64,000 nt of DNA from Squalus acanthias. Taxonomy: Eukaryota. Each line of letters begins with the position of its first letter. Position 1 is the first letter of the stretch. Location of the stretch: positions 7,070,001 to 7,134,000 of the forward strand of contig CM059433.1 in the NCBI GenBank assembly GCA_030390025.1, in the 5' to 3' direction. Position numbers and translations under genes: made by a program. Below, piece after piece: positions 48,360 through 58,489 of the stretch. Under the pieces are notes generated by a model. That model ran no database searches. It was given only the letters and a program-made list of their open reading frames with translations, and was not told the DNA's origin.

Positions 48360-50274
48360 ATGGCTGAGCACCGGCAGAGGGAAAGAATCTGATGGATCTC
48401 AGATGCGGCTCTGGAGGCACTGGTGGTGGCCATGGAGAGGAGGCGGGCTGTCCTCTTCCTGCAGACTAGCTGGAAACCATTTGCCCATACATCTAGAAGG
48501 CTCTGGCAGGAGATATCTAGATACGTGACGGCCAACAATAACCCCAGAAAATGGATACAATGCCACAAGAAATTTAATGATCTCACACGGCAGGTCAAGG
48601 TGAGTGAAGGCTTCAGCAAATGCCATATCCCACCATCTGCACCACAAGCCTCACACACCGCTCGATGCACCACATCCCCATCACTCACCGACCAACAACC
48701 TCTGCTTTGACCACTCATACCTCACAATCATAGCTTCATTTCACCCTCACAGCCTTACTGCTGCAACACTCACACCTACATCTCACACACTATTCAACTA
48801 TGGCAGGCACAGCACCCAAAGGCATTGCGCCACACTCACTCACACATGTCCCTTTCTCTTGCAGGCTAAAGTCGCTCACAATCACCGGCAGACAGGCTGA
48901 GGGGCAAGCCGCAATACAGGCCTTGAGCCAACTGGAGGAGACTATGCTCAACATCATCGGAGGGAAAGTCACCGAGGCCATGGGCGAAGCTGAAGCCCTT
49001 GGGGACAATAACGGTATTCTCATTCCGAATCGTTCTTCTCACATCCCACTTCCTCCTCATCTCACAATCTCTTCTAACTTACAAGCTGCTGACGTGACGG
49101 TGTATGCATGTATTGCTTTTCCCCCTTCCCTCACCACAACCCGACTCTTGTGCCTTTCTGCTTTCAGATAACCAAGAACTGCCAGCTGCAGAGCCTGTCC
49201 CCGAAGCCATGGAGGAGAGTGAAGGAGAAGAAAAAGACACACTGTCACTGCATCTGACACTCGCAGACACCAGCTCGGATACTGGCATTGCGCGGACTTT
49301 AGAGGGTAGTGTAGATGTGGTATCTGCACATGGTGAGGCTCCGGGCATGAGTGGGCTCCAGCCAGGCCAGGGGGAAAGGGTAGCTTGGGGGCCAGCTCCC
49401 CGGAGGGCGAGTTTACACGCGAGTTCTGCTCGGCAGGACTCAGATGAGGACCTTGATGTTGCGACCTTCAGAAGAAGGGTGATGGGAATGCACACCGAAT
49501 TGGTCTGTCTTGTCTATCCAATATAAATTCCTATATCCACATTTCTAACACTAGGTGCAATGGCAAGTCTGCCAGAGAGCCTCTTGGCAATGTCAAGGAG
49601 CACGGAGGAGTCCGGCTCCAACATTGGACGGGGCTTTGCACAGAGCTTGGAGCCCATGATTTCCAGATTGGAAATGATGGGCACCTCCAGGAGAGACCGT
49701 GTCGACTCAGCCATGATGCTGCATGTGATGGGTGATGTCGTGGCTGCCATTGCAGCATAGGCGGAAGCGACCCAACATCTTAGTGCTGCAGTGGAAGCGC
49801 AGTCTCAGCTTACTACCACGCAAGCTCAGACTGCTGCCATCGTGGCTGGGTTTACCAGTGTCGAAAGGGGCTTGCAGGGTGTTGCAGCAGACCAGCAATC
49901 TGTCCTCCAACAGATTGTTAGGAATGCTGAGGCGCCGCTCCGGGGGAGTGGCAGTGGGTCTGTGGAGCAGGAACTTGCTGTTCTCTCTCAGGATGACAGA
50001 ATTCCTACTCCCATCACTGCCACTCCGCCATTGCCCTTGCCGCTGCCTGTCAGCCAGCCAGCCCAGACTGTTGCCGCCTATGCCGAGGTGGTGCAGTCTA
50101 CAGCCGGGCCTTCTAGGTCCACAGCTGGTTGAGGTCATCCTGCAAGGCAATCTGCAGTCTCCCCCATGGAAACTCAGCAGCCTTCCACCAGCTATGCTGT
50201 AGCCACTGGGGGAGCACCAGAGCAGGAAAGAGCACCCGAACGACAGGCACTAAGGGATTGTACAAGGGTGATTA
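48360..50274 (+). pseudogene. Harbinger Myb/SANT-like pseudogene: exons 48360-48599, 48865-49013, 49168-~50274
   Basis: ATG at 48360; SDAALEALV...LWQEIS...RKWIQCHKKFNDLTRQVK|GTGAGT; TTTCTCTTGCAG|AKVAHN; G|GTATTC...CTTTCAG|. In-frame stops present. Confidence 0.85.
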
Positions 50275-50552
50275 GTTGTCAAATTTTTTGTCTTATTATA
50301 CGCCTGTGCAGCGCCTTTGGACGTTTTACTACGTTAAAGGTGCTATATAAATACAAGTTGTTGCTGTTGTTGATATTGTAATGTGAATTGAGTAGTGATA
50401 AATTTATTAATTTTGTTTGAAATCTGTGTTTTGTGGTGGCTCTCATTTCAGCTTTGTGCCCAGGAGAACGCTGTGATATTCTGCTACAGGGATGGTACGA
50501 TGAGGATGTGGTTAATGGGGATGTGGTGAGCAACGGGGATCTAGGGTTTCAT

Positions 50553-51354
50553 TCACTCGAATCGGAGTCTGCTGAGGCATTTACGGACAGCCCTTGCCAA
50601 GGGGGATTTGATGCCTGCCTCCTCCTCATCCTCCTCTTCCTCCTGCTCCTCGTCCTCTTCCTGAGGTGGTCCCACAATCCCTCTTGGCAAGGGCTGCGCC
50701 CTCATGATGGCCAAGCTGTGAAGCATGCAGCAGACCACCACGAAATGGGACACCCGCTCCGGCGAGTACTGGAGGGCTCCTCCCGAGCGGTCGAGGTAGC
50801 GGAACCATTGCTTCAGCAGCCCGATGGTCTGCTCGATGATGTTCCTGGTGGCAGCATGGCTCTCATTATACGAGTGCTGGGCATGATATTATATGAGTGT
50901 TGGGGTTGGAGAGGGGAGCCATGAGCCAGGTGCAGAGCGGATAGCCCTTGCCTCCGAACAGCCACCCTCAGGTTCGATGTGGTGGCTGGAAAATTGCTGG
51001 CACACCACACTGACGCAGGATGAAGGCATCACGACTGCTGCCAGGATAGCGGGCATTGACCATCAGGATACGCTGTGCGTAGTCGCACAACAACTGCACA
51101 TTACGAGAGTGGTAGCCTTTGCGGTTACAGAACATCTCAGGATTGTTCTGTGACCACCTCCTTGGTGAAGCGGAGCCTCCTAATACACTGCTCCTCGCTT
51201 AAGTGGAGATAAGAGAAGTGCTCTCTGAATACCCTAGGTGGGTAAGGCCGCCTGTTGAGAGCCCTCCTGGGCCTCATATTCTCCTCTTCTTCGCTGCCTC
51301 CGTCCCCTCTCCGAAAATACTCGAGCTCGAGATGACTGCCAATAGAGCCCCCAT
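50553..51354 (-). pseudogene. HARBI1-like transposase pseudogene (copy 3)
   Basis: RLRFTKEVV joined by a deletion (~51150) to NRKGYHS.NVQLLCD, NARYPGSS.DAFIL, HFVVVCCMLHSLAI, acidic tail. Confidence 0.88.
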
Positions 51355-53225
51355 GACTATGAGCAAGTGGTGTGAGCAGAAGCCTTTAAATAAGAATGAA
51401 GGCATTCTCCACTTGCCCCAACACACCCGGTCACCTTAGGACCTTGAAAGAAGTTTAGAAAGCTGCAGGAGTTGCAGAAAGTTACACAGAGCCGGTCAAA
51501 CTGAACAAACATGTCAGCTGCAAGTTGTTGCTGATGAGCCCTTTAAATAAACGCTGATGGAGCCTCCTTCCTGCTTGTGAATGCTTGGTCAGCTGGTCGC
51601 AATTAACACAGGCCGGTAAGTTGAGCGGCGCACTCGAAAATGGCAGATCGGGCGTCAGGTGACCATTGCACACTCACTGACATCACGATCTGCATAAGCT
51701 CCATATTGCTAGCGAGCACGGACATCGGCAGAAAATGGCGGCCGGCAGCGGGCGGAAGTGCGGCGACAGCCATTTTCTTTCCCGAAACGGGCCTCAACGG
51801 ACACCGCTAACACTACGAATTTCTCGGCCTATGTCTCCATCCCTTTGATGTTGCTCCAAGTTTTGTCGGGCGACTCCAGGGATGGGGAGAAAAACCTGCA
51901 CCTGCAACAGATGAAGAATGGGAGAGTCATTCAAATAAGGCGTGAAGGGCATTCACAGCCCTCCTGCCTCATTTTCCTGTTCCCTTAACAGCCAAGCAAC
52001 CATTTGGAGGGGCACCCAGAAGAAGTAGGCCTTGCTGCCTGGCCCTCGCTGATCAGTGGGTCTGAGAGAAGCAAGGAGAAACCCCACAGCTAAGTCTCTT
52101 GACTGCTTTTCAGAGGTGTTGAGCCATGTCTTGAAGGTTAATTGGTTGGGTTTCCGCCCCATTGATCCAGTCACAGCAAATTCCACCCTTCCCACCCTGT
52201 CCAGACTTCATTTTTGGGGCATGTCTGGGGTGTTTCTGGCATCCTCCAGGAATCCAACTAGCTGCACAACCATAAGGCCTAGCAGTACCTACACTTGGAG
52301 AAGGTATAGGTGCCTTTCAGGGCTGCTGGTTGGTCCCACCAGGAAGAAATCAAATAGCAATCGATTCCAGAGGGATCGGTTAGCAGTTCGAGTTGATTCT
52401 GGGTGTGCCAACATGGGAGCAACAACAATTATCTGTTACGATGCCTCCAGTCTTGGCTTGTGGCTTCCCCTCTCAGAGTGGCAGGTTACCCTTCCAAGTT
52501 TCTGAATTCTCCACTGGGTGGGCACCCTTGTTGCATCACTACTTGTGTGGGACGCTCACCCCTACTATGGTAATGACCCTGCCCACAAAATTTAGGGCAG
52601 GGTCGTGGTGGGGAAAAAAGGCAGAAGTTCCACCCTGCTGCACTTCCAGCAATGCTGGAATTTGTATCCTATTGTACATTTCAGTTCCTGAGTCTAAGAA
52701 AGACTACAGTGATGACAGTACTGAAACGATTTTATCCTGAAGTATTTCTTCAAAGTCATCCTAATCTGTCCTGTTTTCTAGAAAGCAAATTTCTCTGGAG
52801 GTATTGCCGTGTCAGATCAGCCCATACTAACTAGCTCTCCAACTTTCCATCCTTCCCTTGAGGGCAATGCCTCGCTCAATAGTTCTCCCAGGTAGCTGAC
52901 TGAGAACTTGGTAGGTTGTGCATTGTGGTTGCGACATATATCTTTGTCATTCTGTACTCCACCACTGGGACTCCTCTAACCTACAATTCATAAACAGGTC
53001 ATGTTATTTAAAAAATAGCAGCTACAGGTAGAGACTCCAATGCTATTACTTAAATATGTTGGCCACAAAATTCGGGGGTTTAGCGCTGGCCGTTAAGGCC
53101 AGTTTTGCTGAAAAAATGACAGTCGACTCGCTTCTGCCCGCTTCCGGCGGGTCCCGTGGCAGCCGCCATTTTAGGGAGGTCGGTAGCGCTGCCGTTGCCA
53201 ATGCTCGCTCCACATATTTAGATGA

Positions 53226-53525
53226 TGATGCGGAGATGCCGGTGTTGGACTGGGGTGGACAAAAGTGAGAAGTCGCACAACACCAGGTTATAGTCCAACA
53301 GATTTATTTGAAATCACAAGCTTTCGGAGCGGCTGCTCCTTCGTCAGGTGAAGTGAAGAAATACAAATGGGCACAGCATATATAGTCAGAGAATTGTCTG
53401 TCTCTGTCTATATATGCTGTGCCCATTTGTATTTCTTCACTTCACCTGACGAAGGAGCAGCCGCTCTGAAAGCTTCTGATTTCAAATAAACCTGTTGGAC
53501 TATAACCTGGTGGTGTGCGACTTCT
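53226..53525. mobile_element. Miniature Penelope-like insertion: inverted pLTR pair plus ~40-bp tail
   Basis: 127-bp inverted arms (53266-53392 and 53401-53527) with an 8-nt loop, flanked by CATATTTAGATGA (53213-53225, 53526-53538). Arms match the PLE end at 2405-2530. Confidence 0.85.
53314..53351 (-). ncRNA. Hammerhead ribozyme motif, family A (mutated mirror copy on + strand at 53442-53479)
   Basis: UCAC-CUGACGA-A-GGAGC(AGCC)GCUCC-GAAA-GCUU-GUGA. Confidence 0.75.
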
Positions 53526-55952
53526 CATATTTAGATGAGGCAGTGCATCATGATGGTGAATGCCCGCTATCCTGGCAGCAGTCATGATGCCTTCAACGTG
53601 CGTCAGTCCAGTGTGCCAGCAATCTTCCAGCCACCACGTCAAACCCGAGGGTGGCTGTTCAGAGACAAGAGCTATCTGCTCTGCATCTGGCTGATGTCTC
53701 CCCTCCCCAACCCCACCACTTGTGGCCAGCACTCTTATAATGACAGCCATGCTGCCATGTGAAACCTCATCAAACAGACCATTGGGGTGCTCAAGCAATG
53801 GTTCCGCTGCCTTGACTGCTCGGGAGGAGCCCTCCTGTACTCGCCGGAGCAGGTGTCCCATTTCATGGTGGTCTGCTGCATCCTCCACAACTTGGCCATC
53901 ATGAACGCGCAGCCCTTGCCACCACGGGTTCTGGAACCACCTCAGGTGGAGGAGGAGGTGGAAGAGGAGGAGAGAGGAGGAAGTGAAGAGGCAGGCCGCA
54001 CATCCCCATCCCGGACAGCCTGTCCATGAGCACCTCATCAGACTCCGATTCCAGTGAATGAAACCCCAGATCCCCGTTGCTCACCAATTCCCCATCATAC
54101 CATCCCTCTGTCACAGAACATCACAGCGTCCTCCTGGGCACAAAGCTGAAATGAGAGCCACCACAAAACACACATTCCAAACATAACTTATAAATGTATT
54201 AAATTCAAATCAAAAGAACAAAGTCAACTAATCACCGTTGTGCATTCCCTTAGCTTCTGTCTTTCGTGTGCCTTTTCGTCCTCTAGTGCTCCTATGAAGT
54301 GCTCCCCCAGTGGCTGCAGCATGGCTGGTGGAAGGCTGCTGACTTTCAGTGTGGGAGATGACAGATGGTTTTGCAGGATGGCCTCGAGCAGCTCTGGACC
54401 TAGAAGGCCCGGCTGTAGACTGCACCACCTCGGCATGGGCGGCAGTAGTCTGTGCTGGCTGGATGACAGGCAGCAGCAGCAGCAAGGGGACTGGTGGAGT
54501 GACAGTGGTTGGAGTAGGAATGCTGCCATCCTGAGAGAGGACAGCAAGTTCTTGCTCCACGGAGCCATTGCCACTCCCCCGGGGCGGTGCCTCAACATTC
54601 CTAGCAATCCCCTTTCGACACTCGTAAACCCAGCAATGATGGCAGCAGTCTGAGCTTGCGTGGCAGCAAGCTGAGACTGCAGGAGAGCAGTCTGCACATC
54701 CACTGCAGCACTGAGACATTGGGTCGCTTCTGCCTATGCTGCAATGGAAGCTGTGAGATCGTCCATCACACCCAGGATCATCTTTGGGTCTACAAGGTCT
54801 CTCCTGGAGTTGCCCATCATTTCCATCCTGGAAATTATGGGTTCCAAGCTCTGCCCAAGACCCCGTGCAATGTTGGAGCCGGACTCCTGGATGCTCCTCG
54901 ACACTGACAAGAGGTTCTATGGCAGGCTTGCCATTGCATCTAGGATTTCCGTGTGCATGCTCATCACCCTTCTTCTGAAGGCCGCCCCATCAAGGTCATC
55001 ACCTGAGTCCTGTGGGGCAGAACTTGTGCGCGAACTCGCCCTCTGGGGAGCTGGCACCAGAGCTACCCTTTCCCCCTGGCCTGGCTGCAGCCTACTTGTG
55101 CCCAGTGCTTCTACCACACGTGGATCCCGCCTCTATACTACCCTCTAAAGTCCGCACACTGCCATTTTCTGAGCTGGTGTCTGCGAGTGTCAGATCGAGT
55201 GCCGGTGTGTCTTCTTCTTCTCCATCACTCTCTTCCACAACTTCAGGGACAGGCTGGCCAGGTTGCAATTCTTGAAAGCAGAAAGGCACAAGGGTCGGGT
55301 TGTGATGAGGGGATGGGGGGGGGAAAGCAAGATATCCATGCATACACCATTAGCAGCTTGTAAGTGAGAAGAGATTGTGGGATGATGGGGAAATGGGATG
55401 TGAGAAGGAGGATTAGGTATGAGCATACCGTCATCATCAGCGATGCTTTCCACTTCTCCGCTCGCCACAGACTCTGTCACAGCCCCTCCAATGATGTCTA
55501 GCACTGCTTCCTGCAGGTCAGTCAGGTTGTTAAGCTTTGCTTGGCCAACTCCCGTCTGCTGTTGCTCTCTCCAGTTGTGTGCCACCTTGGCCTGCAAGAG
55601 AAAGGGAAGTGTGTCAGTGAGTGTAGTGCAATATGTTGGGGTGATGTACCTGCCATGGTTGAATAGCTGGCAGTCTGTGCAAGGTGTGAGGTGTGGGTGT
55701 GAGTGTTGCAGCAGTGGTAAGTGTGTGAGGGTGAGGTGAAGCTATGATTGTGAGGCATGAGTGGTGATTGCTAGAGATTGTTGGTAGATGAGTGATGGGG
55801 GTGTAGTGCATTGAGCAGTGTGTGAGGCTAGTGGTGCAGGTGGTGGGATATGGCATTTAAAGATGCCTTCACTCACCTTGACCAGCTGTGAGGGGTCATT
55901 AATCTTTTTGCGGCACTTGTTGCAGTGACGGATTGAGCAATCTTGTAGTCGG

Positions 55953-56042
55953 AAGTGAGAAGTCGCACAACACCAGGTTATAGTCCAACAGCTTTATTTG
56001 AAATCACAAGCTTTCGGAGCGCTGCTCCTTCGTCAGGTGAAG
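55953..56042 (-). mobile_element. ~90-bp PLE terminal fragment with family-A hammerhead motif (56004-56040)
   Basis: Near-identical to 2405-2493 and 53265-53353. Confidence 0.82.
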
Positions 56043-57589
56043 CACTTTGCATGCTGCCTGCACCACTTAGAACGGGCACAGGCAAATAGCACTGGGCGGT
56101 GCCCCCCTGCCGTTTTCTGGCCTTATCCAATTTCTCGGCCATTGTATTTCTAAAACATTCAAGCTCTGTTCCTATTGTTTGTGAAGTCATCTGGATCACT
56201 CAATTACATTATATCCCTATAATTCACTGCAATTATTAAGAAGAAATCATCATGAAAGCAATAATATGGTTGACCTAACATTAAAATAGAATTTCCCCAA
56301 TGAGTCAGCAAGTTTATCTAGTGAATAGCTGAGTCACTCAGATCAGTAATGTCCTAGATTTGACCCCCAGTCTGTGCTGTTAGCATATCTCAGTTTAGAT
56401 AATGGTTAGGGCACGACAACTGCCCTCAGTATCCCTAGGTTAGGGAAGAGGATGCTGACCAGAATTCCCATCCCTAATCACTGTCCAGTGATTGCTGCTG
56501 GAAAAGCACATGTTGGGTATGGGCAGGACCAGGTCTTTTATGATTGTTCAACAGTCTGCTGACACTCAGTGTCAAGCCGCTTGCACGAGGGATTAGAGGG
56601 CACTTGTGTAAGTGTTGGGAGAAGACAGGATCAGTTTTGGCTATGAGGTAGCCTGTGGTTGAACAGCGTCCTGACACTCACTGTCAGGTGACTTGGTAAA
56701 GTACGAGAGAGCAATCATCAGCTGTGTAACGGTTCACCAGTAAGGTGTCAATACTTTTAGAAAAGGAAAAGGGAAAAAAATTGAGAAATTACAAAAATAG
56801 GAGGAGAAAAACTGGCATGGGAAAGGAGAAAATGGTAAAAAAAGCAATAGAGAAAAGAAAAAGCAATCACAACTGCATTCTGAGTAATCAGGTGGGTGTG
56901 CTGAGTGCTTTTATCCAAGATGCCTTGTCAGCAAAATAGAATATTCTTTATAATATGAAAAGAAAGAATTTTTAAAATGGGGTGTGTCCAGATACACCTG
57001 AATCTCATCCTGTGACTAACTTCAAGATATCTGTAAAGGTTAAGAATACTGCCTGATGCTACTTTTCAAGATCCAACTATCATGATGCAGGCAAATATTT
57101 TTTTTTTTCTTTCGCCGATAGTCTCTCCCTCCACCCACAAGATTGCTTCTTCTTGCTGGATACAGTTCCATGGTCAGTGGGCAGCCTCTAGCAGCTTGCT
57201 CAGGCGGTCATTCTTCATGTGTGAACCTTGGCAGCAAATGTCAACAGGGTAGCCTGAGCTTAATACTGACCCTCAACTAATATCCACACACGTACTTCCA
57301 ACAGGAACACTTGATAACAAACAGAAGCAGGAAATCTGTCTGATTTTCCCCTCCTAATTGAGCGGCGCTGAGATCAATAGTAGAGCTGCAAGCTGCACTC
57401 CACCCGCGATCAGCTCACCCACAGATCAAATTTGAGTCATTCCTGGCTTGTACGGCTTAGTTATACACTGGATAAATTCACCGAGTTGCATGATAAATCC
57501 ATGTTATTTACTACTTGGGGGAACGCAAGAGAAAACTCCTCTCCAAAATTCATAGACATTAATTATATTAAATAAGTTGGTTTACTTAG

Positions 57590-58250
57590 AACCATAGAGC
57601 TTTATAGCACGGAAGGAGCCAATTCAGCCCACCTTGTCTGTGGCAGGTCTTTGTTAGAGTAATGCAAAATTAATTCCACTGCACAGCTTCTCCCCATAGT
57701 CCTGTATCTTCTTCCTCTTTTTCAAATATTTATCTGCTCTTCACTTAAAAGATGTAATGATCTCTGCCTCAACTACTCCCTGCAGCAAAATTCTCGAAGA
57801 TGCCTCTGTGTAATGAAATTTCTCCTAACCGCTCTCGTTACTCTCTTAGGGAAATTTTAAATTGATGATCCCTTGTCACTAAGTCCCCAGCCACAGAAAA
57901 TAGTCTCTCTCTATTTACACTATCTAAATCCTTCATAATTTAAAAAATACTCTAACAAACCTGCTCTTTGCCTTGTCTGTTGCAGTAGAAATAGTCCCAG
58001 TATCTCAAGTCTCTCCTCATAACTATCGTTATTCATCCTTCATATCAACCTAGTGAATCTACATTGTATGCTCGGTGTGGTTTTAATGTCCTTTAAATAA
58101 AGGGGCACCCAAAACTGCACACGGGCCTCTAATTGTGACCTAACAATTATTTTGCACAAACTTACCATAACCTTTTTGCTCTTATTTATAAAGCCCAAAA
58201 TGGTGTTGGCCTTTTTATGGCTTTATCTACCTGTACTCTCACTTTCAATG
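57590..58250 (-). mobile_element. Old degenerate CR1 3' fragment
   Basis: Residual CVQFWVP, RFTRL and tail-like AGAACCATAGAG; highly diverged. Confidence 0.65.
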
Positions 58251-58489
58251 AATTAGTATTTGCAGTTGTTCTCTGAAGTGAATGTCAGCTTCTGCCCCAT
58301 TATTATTTGATGTCAAACACCAAATTGCTACCTTTAAAAAATGTGACTTTGTGGATTATGTGTTAATGTAAAATTTAGACTTCTTACAAAAAAAATCTGT
58401 GCTCAACTGCCCTTGTCTGAAAGATAAACAGAAGTAGAAGAGGCAACTGAAGTGAGTTAATCCCACAATAGATGAAAACCTAACAAAAT

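Larger units (their letters stand above)
48039..51829. mobile_element. PIF/Harbinger copy 3 (transposase internally deleted)
   Basis: TIRs GGACTAGAAATT / AATTTCTCGGCC; convergent Myb-like (+) and transposase (-); short L2 tail inserted at ~50280-50372. Confidence 0.9.
53061..56140. mobile_element. PIF/Harbinger copy 4 (deleted; inverted relative to copy 3)
   Basis: TIRs GGCCACAAAATT / AATTTCTCGGCC, flanks GTT/ATT. Transposase 3' half at 53539-54061 (+: NARYPGSSHDAF, LKQWFRCLD, CCILHNLAI); Myb exons on minus strand 54228-55915. Confidence 0.9.

Noticed and set aside
56310..57490. Two possible ancient SINE relics, plus MITE-like remnants near 25292-25578, 34104-34310 and 51830-52600
   Set aside because: Too degenerate to define boundaries or family by eye.
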